A stretch of DNA of 64,000 nt, from assembly GCA_018396535.1 (NCBI GenBank), contig JAGTQC010000002.1, positions 205,136 to 269,135 of the forward strand. Reading direction: 5' to 3'. The notes below the pieces were generated by a model. That model was not told the DNA's origin. It saw only the letters and a program-made list of their open reading frames with translations, and searched no databases. Below are positions 39,818 through 50,555 of this stretch, piece after piece. A program made the translations under genes and the position numbers. Position 1 is the stretch's first letter. Each line of letters starts with the position of its first letter. The DNA is from Candidatus Bathyarchaeota archaeon (GTDB taxonomy: Archaea; Thermoproteota; CALKCG01; B24; DRYS01).

Positions 39818-41383
39818 ATGTTTAGAAGATTAGCTAGCATCTTAACTAGATTTATTAAAGCTAGAAGGAGAGCTAACCCTCCACCCAAACCTCCTAGCCT
39901 TGGTTTGATAGAGGAGTATAAGGGTAAGGATATATTAGATGTATACGAGCTAGAACCAGGATACGCCTACGGTATGATAGTTAGGGATCCAGTAACTGGT
40001 GAACTACGCTACGAAATAGTTGAGCCAACCCTAACTAGTTGGGAGAGAGCTTTACTCGACTTAGTTAGATCCGAGCTTCTACGAGTTATCGATAGAACTA
40101 TCGATGAGATAGGAGGCTATGGAAGAGCTGTAGAATACTTGAAGGGGAAGGTTAAAGATATACTTGCTAAGAGAGGTGTGGATCCAGGTTCATCCCTATC
40201 AAAGCTAGAATACTACCTAGTTAGGGATCTACTAGGCTATGGTAGGATAGATGCTCTAATGAAGGATCCGAGTATAGAGGATATATCCTGTAGCGGGCCG
40301 GGTAGATATGTATATGTATGGCATAGGAGCTACGAATCCATACCGACGAATATAGTCTATGATATAGGTGAGCTCGACTCGTTCGTGATAAGACTTGCAT
40401 ACAGGAGTGGTAGGATGATAACATATGCAGATCCTATAGTAGAAGCTACCCTACCGGATGGTTCTCGTATACATTTAACTTTAGGTAGCGAGGTTACTAG
40501 ACATGGTAGTAGTTTTAGTATAAGGAAGTTTAGGAGAGATCTACTAACCATAGTCGATCTCGTGAATCTAGGGACTCTTACATCGGATATGGCTGCTCTA
40601 CTATGGTTCCTAGTGGAGAATAGGGTATCGGTACTAGTATGTGGTGGTATAGCTTCTGGTAAGACTACTATGCTAAACTGTCTCTCAAACTTCATACATC
40701 CAGATGCTAAGATAGTAACCATAGAGGATACACCTGAGCTTCAACTCTACCATACTAATTGGGTTAGATCCGTAACTAGGCCTAAGACGATGTATGGAGG
40801 TGAGATAACGGTATACGATCTACTTAGAACAGCTATGAGGCAGAGGCCAGACTACATAATCATAGGAGAGGTTAGAGGTGAGGAAGCCTATACCCTATTC
40901 CAAGCTATAGCTACAGGCCATCTAGGTATGTGTACACTACATGCTGAATCTATCGAAGCAGCTTTAATGAGGCTTGAATCCCCGCCTATGAATATACCTA
41001 GAAGTATGATATCTATATTAGATACGATACTAGTACAGCGTAGAGCTGAGAAGGATGGCACACCTATAAGGAGGACCGAGGTCCTAGCGGAGATAGTAGG
41101 ATACGATAGGGAGAAAGATAGGATCGAGCTAAATATAATCTATAGGTGGAAGCCTGAAAACGATACCTTCACCTATACTGGTAGATGTCTATCACTCGAG
41201 AATATAGCGACACGTATAGGTTACAGTATGGAGAGGGTGGAGGAGGAGATTAGTAGGAGGAGAATGGTTATAGAATGGATGTGTAGAGCTGGTAGGAGGA
41301 GTTTCAGCGATGTAGCTGAGGTTATCAGGAGGTATGTATACGATCCTGAATCCGTATTGAGGTATGCTAGGATAGGTGTATAG
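39818..41383 (+). CDS. Type IV pilus assembly ATPase 2 (VirB11/TadA/ArlI family)
   Basis: IEDISCSG, SFSIRKF, GGIASGKT, TIEDTPE, RQRPDYIIIGEVRGEEA, TGHLGMCTLHA. Confidence 0.95.
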   Translation: MFRRLASILTRFIKARRRANPPPKPPSLGLIEEYKGKDILDVYELEPGYAYGMIVRDPVTGELRYEIVEPTLTSWERALLDLVRSELLRVIDRTIDEIGGYGRAVEYLKGKVKDILAKRGVDPGSSLSKLEYYLVRDLLGYGRIDALMKDPSIEDISCSGPGRYVYVWHRSYESIPTNIVYDIGELDSFVIRLAYRSGRMITYADPIVEATLPDGSRIHLTLGSEVTRHGSSFSIRKFRRDLLTIVDLVNLGTLTSDMAALLWFLVENRVSVLVCGGIASGKTTMLNCLSNFIHPDAKIVTIEDTPELQLYHTNWVRSVTRPKTMYGGEITVYDLLRTAMRQRPDYIIIGEVRGEEAYTLFQAIATGHLGMCTLHAESIEAALMRLESPPMNIPRSMISILDTILVQRRAEKDGTPIRRTEVLAEIVGYDREKDRIELNIIYRWKPENDTFTYTGRCLSLENIATRIGYSMERVEEEISRRRMVIEWMCRAGRRSFSDVAEVIRRYVYDPESVLRYARIGV

Positions 41384-42320
41384 TATGAAGTCCAGCTACC
41401 TTATACTTAGACCGATCGTAGATAGACTTGGTAGATTCAATATGATCGTACAAAGAAACCTGGATAGAGCGTATATGAACCTAAGCTCTAAGGATTATAC
41501 CGCCTCCATGATACTATACTCTTCGATATCATCGATAGCTGTGTTAATCCTACTAGCCACCGGGTTAACGCTAGATATAGAACCTCTATCACGTATATCA
41601 TACATCCTCGCAGGATCCGTAGCTAAGCTCCTATCACCCATAGTATCGGATTATACTATAGCCTCGGCTATAGCTATAACGATATGGATGCTGATAGTAT
41701 TCGCAGCTACATCTATCACCATGTATCTATACCCGGTATATCTATCGAGCGAACTCTCTAGGAAGCTGGAATCCGACCTCATATACACGCTCGGATATAT
41801 ATCGATACTTTATACAGCAGGTATACCTGTAGAGAGGATATTCGCATCCCTAGCTATAATCGGTGATATATACAACGTAAAGCCTAGCGCTCTGAATATA
41901 GTTAAGAGTGTAGAGTTCCTAGGCTTGAATATACTCGATGCACTGGGTAGCGAAGCTGATAGGACTAGATCTAAGATTTATCAATCCTTCCTTAGAGGTA
42001 TGAGCACAGTCGTTAAGAGTGGAGGCGATTTGAAGAGTTATGTGTTAGGCTTCTCTGAGAAGGTATTCTCAAAGTATAGGTATTCTATCGAGAATCTAAC
42101 CGAGACGCTGGACTTCCTCTCAGAATTCTATCTAACCCTATTCGTTGTTATGCCTATAGTAGTAGTCGTGGTAGCTGTATTGATAGGATTAGCTGGAGGG
42201 TATATAGGTCCTCTAACACCTAGACAGATCATAGATCTAACGATCTACGTAGTCGTCCCGTTTGCATCGATTATATTCATAGTAATAGCAGATGTGGTGA
42301 TATCGAGATGGAGGCTTTAA
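41376..42320 (+). CDS. Type II secretion F-family (TadB/TadC-like) platform protein
   Basis: TM helices around LESDLIYTLGY..AG and VKSGGDL; follows the ATPase. Confidence 0.85.
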   Translation: MYSMKSSYLILRPIVDRLGRFNMIVQRNLDRAYMNLSSKDYTASMILYSSISSIAVLILLATGLTLDIEPLSRISYILAGSVAKLLSPIVSDYTIASAIAITIWMLIVFAATSITMYLYPVYLSSELSRKLESDLIYTLGYISILYTAGIPVERIFASLAIIGDIYNVKPSALNIVKSVEFLGLNILDALGSEADRTRSKIYQSFLRGMSTVVKSGGDLKSYVLGFSEKVFSKYRYSIENLTETLDFLSEFYLTLFVVMPIVVVVVAVLIGLAGGYIGPLTPRQIIDLTIYVVVPFASIIFIVIADVVISRWRL

Positions 42321-43153
42321 GGAGGCCTGGAGGAACATACATATGGGTGAAGATTAAGCTTATAGTATACCTTGTATCGATATCCATGGCGGTTGTATCC
42401 CTTACACTACTATACCTCATTCTAGGTTTAACCTACGATTTTAGGTTGAGTACGACTCTAGCTCTAGCTATATCTCTATCACCTATAGCGGTCTTTCAGA
42501 TATTAGACTCTAAACTCTGTACCGAGATCGATGAGAATCTCGAGAGATTCCTTATGGATCTAGCCGACGCACAGCTATCCGGTATAACCATGATTAGAGC
42601 TTTAGAAGAAGCTGCTAATAGAAGCTATGGAGCTTTAACTGGTGATATAAGGTATATGGTTGCTAGGATTCAATGGGGGTTCACGGTAGAGGATGCTCTA
42701 CAGGTATTCAAATCTAGAGTTATAACAGCCCTATCTAGGAGAATCGCTACGCTAGTAGCCGAAGCTGTAAGATATGGCGGAGACCTAGTAACAGTATTTA
42801 AGGGTACAGCCGAATTCGTTAGGAAGATAAACGATCTTAGGAGGGAGAGGTGGAGGAAGCTTAGACCATATGTAATAGTATTCTATACATCGATAATCCT
42901 ACTCCTAATACTAGCAGCTATAATATTCAAGGGATTTATAGAAGCTATAACAGTGGGGGAGACTGTATCACCGATATTCCTCACCATAGATAAACTATGG
43001 TTTAAAACCGCTATGCTAGACTTAGCTATCATAGAATCCATATTCGGAGGATTATCTATAGGTAAGGTATCTGAGGGGACGGTTAAAGCTGGAGTTAAGC
43101 ATATAGTAACGCTAATGCTGGCAACCTATATTACATTCAGATTCTTCATGTAG
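42308..43153 (+). CDS. Type II secretion F-family (TadC-like) platform protein
   Basis: FLMDLADAQLSG, YGALT, YGGDL, GKVSEG..KAGVKH. Confidence 0.88.
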   Translation: MEALRRPGGTYIWVKIKLIVYLVSISMAVVSLTLLYLILGLTYDFRLSTTLALAISLSPIAVFQILDSKLCTEIDENLERFLMDLADAQLSGITMIRALEEAANRSYGALTGDIRYMVARIQWGFTVEDALQVFKSRVITALSRRIATLVAEAVRYGGDLVTVFKGTAEFVRKINDLRRERWRKLRPYVIVFYTSIILLLILAAIIFKGFIEAITVGETVSPIFLTIDKLWFKTAMLDLAIIESIFGGLSIGKVSEGTVKAGVKHIVTLMLATYITFRFFM

Positions 43154-43166
43154 TATAACCTACTCA

Positions 43167-44126
43167 TCATTTAAGGGTTTCAGCCAGCTTCTTAACCTTA
43201 GCTTCAGCATCCATATAGTTTTCAGCTTCGACTACAGATAGACCGTAGAATTTCACAAGCCTCCTAGCTTCCTCAGATATATATGCGGTGGTAACGTAGA
43301 TTATATCCACATCCACATCTATGGATATTGTATACCATTCTATAACCTTAGCTTCTGTAATAGGTTTCAGAATATTCTCTATTAGGAATGCAACCCCCCT
43401 ACCGTTACTCTTCTTAACTACGAGATCGAATGTATGTACAACACCAGATTTACCTTTCAAAGCTACGTTTTCTTCAACTTTAAACCCGACCTCCTCCAGG
43501 ATGGCTTTTATACGAGATGGAAATATGAGCTTTCTAAGCGTAGATAAAACTTCTTCACTAACATTGTACTCTACGACAAACTCCATAGAGCTATCCTTCA
43601 CGGTGAAGAAATCTCCGCATACCCTACAGAAGAGGTTATGCCCAGGTTCTGGAAAACGTGAACTACATGAGAGGCATACGAACCATACGCCTACTATCCT
43701 TACATCATCAGAAATAGTCTTACCACATCTAGGGCATACACCTAGACCCTTCTCCTCGAATGACGATTTAAATCCTATGTAGCCGCATGGGATATGCTCC
43801 ATGAGCAGATCCTTTCTGATAGCTATGGAGCCGCATCTAGGACATCTATACACTATAGCTATATTCGTTGAATGGCATCTAGGACATATAACTGATAGAA
43901 ATAGCATCTTCTCGGATAATATTTTTAGGGATGCTAGATCGGATAGTATACGCACGGATTCTTTAGGTAGTATTCCTGTCTCAGATTCTATCTGAGGATA
44001 GTGGTACCCGTTTTCTAGATCATAATGCACTGATAGAGGTTTACCCTCAGCTATATAGAATAGGACCTTCTCTAGGGTTTTATCTCTAACAAGGCTAGCT
44101 AACACATCTTCGCCGATAGATACCAA
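43167..44126 (-). CDS. TackOD1 Zn-ribbon domain protein with C-terminal Mrr-like restriction-endonuclease fold
   Basis: CPRC..CPRCGS..EHIPCGY..CPRCGK..CLSC..F.EP..CRVC; C-terminal LKGKSGVVHTFD...ISEEARRLVKFYGL. Confidence 0.8.
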   Translation of the reverse strand: MVSIGEDVLASLVRDKTLEKVLFYIAEGKPLSVHYDLENGYHYPQIESETGILPKESVRILSDLASLKILSEKMLFLSVICPRCHSTNIAIVYRCPRCGSIAIRKDLLMEHIPCGYIGFKSSFEEKGLGVCPRCGKTISDDVRIVGVWFVCLSCSSRFPEPGHNLFCRVCGDFFTVKDSSMEFVVEYNVSEEVLSTLRKLIFPSRIKAILEEVGFKVEENVALKGKSGVVHTFDLVVKKSNGRGVAFLIENILKPITEAKVIEWYTISIDVDVDIIYVTTAYISEEARRLVKFYGLSVVEAENYMDAEAKVKKLAETLK

Positions 44127-44194
44127 GACTAGACACCTTACAACTTGTAGAAGACCCTGGTAGACTACTACGCAAACTACACGATTACCATCTA

Positions 44195-45325
44195 TTAAAT
44201 TTTAGCATATATAGTACTCCTTATAGATTCAAGCTTACCCTCTATGAAATTTAATAGGTATTCTAAGTTGTATCCTTTACTAGCGGATACGATTACTGAG
44301 GGATACCTCCTACTATAATCTGCTATCGAAGATAGTCTCCTAGATAGCTTTACCGAATCTATCAGATCCACCTTATTCAATACGAGTATAACTCTCGATC
44401 CGTCAACCCTCAGAGTCTTCTCTAGTATATCGCTTACAGTCTCAACTTTAAACCTCAATATATCCTCACTCTCAGATACATCAGCTACTAGTAGTATGAG
44501 ATCTGATTGGATTATATCGTTAAGTGTTAGTTTAAAGCTTTCAATCATTAAGGGATCTAGATCGTATACGAATCCTATAGTATCTACTAGGAAGAAGCGT
44601 CTAGCTATACCTTGAACTAGATAGTATTTACTAGAGAGGGTTGTGAATGGTAGTGGGCTTACAGGCTTCCTAAGACCTGTTAAAGCATTAAATAGGGTGG
44701 TCTTACCAGCGTTGTAGTATCCGGTTATACATACTAACGGTAGGCCTAGGCTACGTCTCTTCTCAAGCTGCATCCTTTGCATCTCTAGGTATTTATCCAT
44801 CTTCTCTTTAAGCTTAGATAACCTACGCTTCAACCCTCTTATCTGATTCCTATATATGTACTCTCCACGACTCCTTAGGCTTGGATGCTCCCTCCCGATC
44901 CTATACTTCTCAGCTAGGATTATCCTATCGTAGGTGAAACTCTTCGATAGCTTAGCTATCTCTATCTGTAGTTTCGATATCTCATCTGAAGCCATGGAGC
45001 TAAATATCTCTAACGTAAGCTCGTATCTATCTATAACCCTATGATTTAGCAACCTCTCTAGATTGAACTTCTGCTTACCGGTTAGTATGTTGTAGAATAT
45101 AACGGTATCGATATCGATGGAGGATACTATGGATTTAAGCTCTAAGACTTTACCCCATCCGAAGACGTAGTCTACGGATGGCTTGGATCTAACCTGAACA
45201 AACTCCCCCACTATGGCGTAGCCTAAAGCTTCAGCCAGCCTTCTAAGCTCCTCTAGCTTAAACCTATAGAGCTCATGGTCATGCGGGTTCGTTTTAACCA
45301 TACAAAGAATTGCTTTCCTCGACAA
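44195..45325 (-). CDS. hflX: GTPase HflX
   Basis: EELRRLAEALGY, FGWGK, IDRYELTLEIF, GYYNAGKTT, FTTL, DTIGF, NKVD, VSA. Confidence 0.92.
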   Translation of the reverse strand: MSRKAILCMVKTNPHDHELYRFKLEELRRLAEALGYAIVGEFVQVRSKPSVDYVFGWGKVLELKSIVSSIDIDTVIFYNILTGKQKFNLERLLNHRVIDRYELTLEIFSSMASDEISKLQIEIAKLSKSFTYDRIILAEKYRIGREHPSLRSRGEYIYRNQIRGLKRRLSKLKEKMDKYLEMQRMQLEKRRSLGLPLVCITGYYNAGKTTLFNALTGLRKPVSPLPFTTLSSKYYLVQGIARRFFLVDTIGFVYDLDPLMIESFKLTLNDIIQSDLILLVADVSESEDILRFKVETVSDILEKTLRVDGSRVILVLNKVDLIDSVKLSRRLSSIADYSRRYPSVIVSASKGYNLEYLLNFIEGKLESIRSTIYAKI

Positions 45326-45433
45326 TACTCTAGCGGTATATCTTAAAGCTTAAGCTATACTTAACCGTTACGGGTTTAACTCTTAAATACGACGCATGTA
45401 GATAGTACCCTGATCGAGTAGACACTACGGAGA

Positions 45434-48400
45434 GTGTGGGGGAGGATAAGCACGGGTATGGATTACATGGTTGGAGGATTAACCCTTAAACGTTATGATC
45501 CTAAAGCTTTCGAAGAAGATATACTTAGATGGTGGTTTGATGGCGGCGTCTACGAGAGAGCTAGATCTAAGAGTAGGGTTAAGGGTAGATTCTACTTTCT
45601 AGACGGTCCACCATACGTAACAGCTTCTATACACGTAGGGACTGCGTGGAATAAGATAATGAAGGATGTGGTCCTAAGGTATAGGAGGATGCGTGGATAT
45701 GAAGCTAGGGATCAACCTGGCTTCGATATGCATGGACTACCTATAGAGGTTATGGTAGAGAGGATTCTAGGTTTGAAGAGTAAGAAGGATATAGAGGTTA
45801 TAGGTGTAGATCGATTCGTAGAGGAGTGTAGGAAGTATGCGTTAGATCATATGAAGATACTCACCGAGCAGTTTAAGAATCTAGGAGTTTGGATGGATTG
45901 GAATAACCCGTATATGACTATATCTGATGATTTCATAGAAGCTGTATGGTGGCTTATAAAGAGAGCTGATGAACGTAGACTACTCGAAGAGGGTTTACGC
46001 GTAACACACTGGTGTCCTAGATGCGAGACAGCTCTAGCAGCTGGATACGAGGTATCTCAGGAGTATAGGGAGGTTGAGGATCCATCGATATATGTTAAAC
46101 TACCGATCGAAGGTAGGGGTGGAGAGTATATACTTGTATGGACGACTACGCCTTGGACCCTACCCGCTAACGTAGCCGTTATGGTGCATCCTGATGAGAA
46201 TTATGCTAGAATTAGAGTTGGTGATGAGGTGTATATACTAGCTGAAGCTAGGTGTAAACCTCTATCTGAGGAGATAGGGTTCGAGTACGAGGTTATAGAG
46301 GTCTTCCCTGGATCAAAGCTTGAGGGGTTGAGGTATAAGCCTCCACTACTAGAGGAGGTGGATATACAGAGGAGTGTAGGAGGTGCGCATATAATCGTTC
46401 TAAGTAGAGAGTATGTAGATGTACGTGAGGGGACTGGATGCGTGCATGTAGCTCCAGGCCATGGTGAGGAGGATTTTGATGTAGGATTAAGGTATCGTCT
46501 ACCAGTCCTATGCCCAGTAGATTCTAAAGGTGTATTCGATGAGAGAGCTGGTAAGTATAAGGGTTTAACAGTATGGGATGCTAACAAGGTTATAGTAGAG
46601 GATCTTAGAGGTAAGGGTCTACTATTATACGCATCTACGGTTAAGCATAGGTATCCACACTGCTGGCGTTGTAGAAGTAGGCTTATACTTAGAGCTACTA
46701 GGCAATGGGTTTTGAAGGTTACGGCTATCAGAGATAGGCTCTTAGAGGAGAATGAGAAGATATTCTGGATTCCAAGCTGGGCTGGTGAGAGTAGGTTTAG
46801 AAGCTGGCTGGAGGGTGTTAGGGATTGGGTTATATCTAGGCAGAGGTATTGGGGTATACCCCTACCTATATGGGTTTGTAGTAGCTGCGGCTCTAGGGTT
46901 ATCGTAGGATCTAGGGATGAACTTAGATCTAGAGCTTTAAACCCTGACGATGTTACGGATTTACATAGACCGTGGATAGATCGTGTTAAGATTAGGTGTG
47001 ATCTATGTGGAGGAGTTATGAGTAGGGTTGAGGATGTAGCTGATGTATGGATGGATTCAGGTGTAGCTTCATGGGCTTGTCTAGGTTATCCTAGACGTAG
47101 CGGTGAATTCGATAAATGGTGGCCTGCAGACTTCATACTAGAGGGGCATGATCAGACTAGGGGATGGTTCTATAGTCAGCTCGCATCATCGGTTATAGCC
47201 TTCGATTCTACACCGTATAAAGCCGTCTTGATGCATGGATTCACATTAGATGAGACTGGTAGGGAGATGCATAAATCTTGGGGGAATTTCGTAGCTCCGG
47301 AGGAGGTTATAGAGAAGTATGGTAGGGATACACTTAGATTCTACGAGCTTCAATTCACCCCATGGGAGGATTTAAGGTTCTCGTGGAGGGGTTTAGATGA
47401 AGCTTACAGAATCTTGAACCTTGTATGGAATCTATACCTATTCGCTTCACTCTATATGAATCTAGATAGATTCCAACCGTATAGGTATAGGCTTGAGGAT
47501 CTAAGGGATAGGCTTAGACCTGAGGATAGATGGATCCTCTCTAGGGTTCAGAGGATGGTTATGAAGGTTACTGAAGCTTTAGATTCATACCTGATACATG
47601 AAGGGTTAAGAGCTGTCAGAGATCTATTAGTCGAGGATGTTAGTAGATGGTATGCTAAGCTTATAAGGAGGAGGGTATGGGTTGAGGAGGAATCTATAGA
47701 GAAGATTACAGCTTACGCAACATTCTATAGGGTTCTTGATACATGTCTTAAAGTATTAGCTGTATATACGCCATTCTTAGCTGAGAAGATCTACCAGGAT
47801 ATGTTTAGGTATGCTGAGCCTGGTAGACCTGAGAGTATACATATGGAGGATTGGCCTGAACCCGATGTAAGCTGGCTCGACGATAAGCTTGAGGAGTATA
47901 TGGAGATATGTAGATCGATTATGGAGGAGGGGATGAGTCTCAGGAATAAGATAGGTGTTAAACTTAGGCAGCCGTTAGCATACTGTCTGATATATACGGA
48001 TAGTGGTGAGGTAGCTAAAGCTATAGAGGTGTTTAGGGATGTACTATCCTCTGGGCTTAACGTTAAGGATGTTAGGATCGTAGGGTTGGATGAACTTCGT
48101 AGTATAGCTAGGCTTAGGGTTAGAGGTATACCTAGAATGCTCGGACCGAAGTTTAAGGATCGTATGAGGCTTGTCATGGAGGCTCTAGATGGGATGGATG
48201 GGGTTGAAGCTAAACGGATACTTGAATCTACGGGTAGCATCAAGATGGTTTTGGATGGTGTGGAGGTGTATATCGATAGTAGTGATATCGAATTCTACGA
48301 GGAGATATCTGAGGGGTGGGTTATAGGCGATTTCGATGGCGGTAGGATTCTACTGAGTACTGTAGTCGATAAGAGGCTTGCTGCTGAGGGTCTTGCAAGG

Positions 48401-48658
48401 GATCTTATAAGGAGGATACAGTATATGCGTAAGGAGCTCGATCTACCTGTCGAAGACTATATAGAGGTTAGGATATCTGTACCTAGCGTTGAGGCTTTAG
48501 AGATGGTTGAGGAATTCAAGGATTTCATAATTAGTGAAACTAGAGCAAAGGTATTCGATACCGTGGTCGCAGGCCGATTGGATTATGGGTATGTAAGAGA
48601 ATGGGATATAGATGGTGAGAGTTATACGATATCGATTAGACATATAGGTAAAGGCTGA
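45434..48658 (+). CDS. ileS: Isoleucine--tRNA ligase (start may be ATG 45467)
   Basis: LDGPPY, HVGT, WTTTPWTLP, GTGCVHVAPGHG, WVISRQRYWG, EGHDQTRGWF, EMHKS. Confidence 0.97.
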   Translation: MWGRISTGMDYMVGGLTLKRYDPKAFEEDILRWWFDGGVYERARSKSRVKGRFYFLDGPPYVTASIHVGTAWNKIMKDVVLRYRRMRGYEARDQPGFDMHGLPIEVMVERILGLKSKKDIEVIGVDRFVEECRKYALDHMKILTEQFKNLGVWMDWNNPYMTISDDFIEAVWWLIKRADERRLLEEGLRVTHWCPRCETALAAGYEVSQEYREVEDPSIYVKLPIEGRGGEYILVWTTTPWTLPANVAVMVHPDENYARIRVGDEVYILAEARCKPLSEEIGFEYEVIEVFPGSKLEGLRYKPPLLEEVDIQRSVGGAHIIVLSREYVDVREGTGCVHVAPGHGEEDFDVGLRYRLPVLCPVDSKGVFDERAGKYKGLTVWDANKVIVEDLRGKGLLLYASTVKHRYPHCWRCRSRLILRATRQWVLKVTAIRDRLLEENEKIFWIPSWAGESRFRSWLEGVRDWVISRQRYWGIPLPIWVCSSCGSRVIVGSRDELRSRALNPDDVTDLHRPWIDRVKIRCDLCGGVMSRVEDVADVWMDSGVASWACLGYPRRSGEFDKWWPADFILEGHDQTRGWFYSQLASSVIAFDSTPYKAVLMHGFTLDETGREMHKSWGNFVAPEEVIEKYGRDTLRFYELQFTPWEDLRFSWRGLDEAYRILNLVWNLYLFASLYMNLDRFQPYRYRLEDLRDRLRPEDRWILSRVQRMVMKVTEALDSYLIHEGLRAVRDLLVEDVSRWYAKLIRRRVWVEEESIEKITAYATFYRVLDTCLKVLAVYTPFLAEKIYQDMFRYAEPGRPESIHMEDWPEPDVSWLDDKLEEYMEICRSIMEEGMSLRNKIGVKLRQPLAYCLIYTDSGEVAKAIEVFRDVLSSGLNVKDVRIVGLDELRSIARLRVRGIPRMLGPKFKDRMRLVMEALDGMDGVEAKRILESTGSIKMVLDGVEVYIDSSDIEFYEEISEGWVIGDFDGGRILLSTVVDKRLAAEGLARDLIRRIQYMRKELDLPVEDYIEVRISVPSVEALEMVEEFKDFIISETRAKVFDTVVAGRLDYGYVREWDIDGESYTISIRHIGKG

Positions 48659-48667
48659 TAACCTGTT

Positions 48668-49744
48668 ATGAGTGGTGGTAGGATAATCGTAGATATACTC
48701 ACACCTAAACAGGTTCTATTCTTCGAGCCGGTTATCCGTAGGCTTAGGTCTAACGGGTTCGATGTCTACGTATCGACTAGAGTATTTAGGGAGACTTTAT
48801 GGCTTCTAAATCGTAGGGGTATAGATGCTAGGATTATAGGTGTCTATGGGGGTGGTAGTCTTGAAGGTAAGCTTAAAGCTAGCTTAGAGAGATGTTTAGA
48901 GATGCTTAGATTCTTTGAGGAGGTTGACCCAGACGCCGTCTTATGCTTCTCATCACCTGAAGCTTCTAGAGTAGCTTTCGGTCTATCTATACCGTTGTAT
49001 ATAGCTAACGACTCACCTCATGCTGAAGCTGTAGCTAGACTCACACTACCCCTAGCTCGTAGACTATATACACCTAGGATTATACCTGTTAGGATGTGGA
49101 CTCGGTATGGGTTGAAGCTATCCCAGATAGTTAGGTATAACGCTCTAGATCCAGCTGCATGGCTTAAGGGTTTTAAGCCTTCTACAGAGGTCGTCGATAA
49201 GCTTGGCTTAAACATCGGTGAACCTATACTTGTAGCTAGGTTCGAGGAATCTAAATCTGCTTACATACCTAGGAATTCTAGATCCCCTCTACTAGCTCTA
49301 ATCGAGCGTATATCTGAGGAGTTTAGAGGTTTTAAGATAGTAGTTATACCTAGATATGAAGATCAGGTGGAGGCTTTAGAGTATCTTGAGGATAGGGTTA
49401 TCGTATGTAGGGAGCCTATAGAAGCAGCTAACCTTCTATACTATGCATCGATCTTCGTAGGGTTCGGTGGAACTATGACTTGTGAAGCAGCTCTTCTAGG
49501 GGTACCGACTCTAAGCCTAAGATTCTACGGATCATACTATACGGAGAAGTATCTAGAGCGCAGGGGGCTACTGGTAGCTGCGTATACTTTGGATGAAGCT
49601 ATGGAGAAGCTTAGAGATCTAGCTACGAGGTGGAGGGTTATGAAAGCTAAGCTGAGGGGGAGGGCTAGTAGGATATTAAATTCTATGGATGATCCTAGCG
49701 AGGTTATATCTAGAGGCTTGATTCTAGATCTAGAAGCTAGCTAG
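48668..49744 (+). CDS. DUF354 GT-B fold glycosyltransferase-like protein
   Basis: DILTPKQVLFF, SPEASRVAFGL, NDSPHA, GGTMTCEAALLGVP. Confidence 0.88.
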   Translation: MSGGRIIVDILTPKQVLFFEPVIRRLRSNGFDVYVSTRVFRETLWLLNRRGIDARIIGVYGGGSLEGKLKASLERCLEMLRFFEEVDPDAVLCFSSPEASRVAFGLSIPLYIANDSPHAEAVARLTLPLARRLYTPRIIPVRMWTRYGLKLSQIVRYNALDPAAWLKGFKPSTEVVDKLGLNIGEPILVARFEESKSAYIPRNSRSPLLALIERISEEFRGFKIVVIPRYEDQVEALEYLEDRVIVCREPIEAANLLYYASIFVGFGGTMTCEAALLGVPTLSLRFYGSYYTEKYLERRGLLVAAYTLDEAMEKLRDLATRWRVMKAKLRGRASRILNSMDDPSEVISRGLILDLEAS

Positions 49745-50439
49745 ACTTCTAGTATTCTTAAACCTCCATCCAATACCATTATGGGTAGAGCTGAATCTAG
49801 GAAATCATTTAGAGCTGATATATGTACTATAGGAAAACCTTCTACTATCGTATAACCACTCCTCCTCAATGTAACTATAACGGGTATCAATTTGATACTA
49901 TCCCATCCGTCGATTATCCTACGAAAGCTATGTCTAACGATTAGAGCGAGGGCTTCAACCCTAGCCCTATGCCTATCTATAGCTTCGCTTAATATACTAC
50001 GATAACCTCTCTTCATATGCTTACAATCTACAGCTACTATTATAGGCTTACGAAAACCTAGGACATCTATCTCCCATCTCCTACCGAGAGATTTAAACCT
50101 GTAGTTCGAGAATGTATCGAAGCCTAAACTATCCAGTATCATCGATGTAAATAATTCGAATTCCCTCCACTTCAATAGGGAGGCTGTATCCTCTAGGCTT
50201 TGAGAATACCTTGCTAGAAAGAGGAATACTCTAAACCTAGAAGAATCTATATCGTCTAGGCTATCTAGCTTGGTAATCTCGTATAGGGATTCTAGGAGTA
50301 TTGGTATATCATCTACAGGTATACGTGTATATTCTGATATCTCCTCTAATGTAAAGTGGTTTTTATCCCTAGTAACCTTCAGAAATCCTTTAGCTATCAG
50401 GGGTAAGCGAAGATCTCTTAAAGCCATTGTATGAGCCAC
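49741..50439 (-). CDS. Mrr/NERD-like PD-(D/E)XK restriction-endonuclease-fold protein
   Basis: LKWREFELF, EIDVLG, AVDCKH. Confidence 0.8.
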   Translation of the reverse strand: MAHTMALRDLRLPLIAKGFLKVTRDKNHFTLEEISEYTRIPVDDIPILLESLYEITKLDSLDDIDSSRFRVFLFLARYSQSLEDTASLLKWREFELFTSMILDSLGFDTFSNYRFKSLGRRWEIDVLGFRKPIIVAVDCKHMKRGYRSILSEAIDRHRARVEALALIVRHSFRRIIDGWDSIKLIPVIVTLRRSGYTIVEGFPIVHISALNDFLDSALPIMVLDGGLRILEV

Positions 50440-50555
50440 CTAGATATCTAGCATAAGATATAATTGGAGATTGGATAAAGCTTCTGCTTGATAGAGTTAG
50501 CCGTATAGGTATGGGTGATACTATCGATCTTGATGGATACTCTGATCGATCGGTA

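Noticed and set aside
29855-43153. Archaellum operon
   Set aside because: No archaellin-type sequences and no ArlF/G/H in the locus; the subunits look like pilins.
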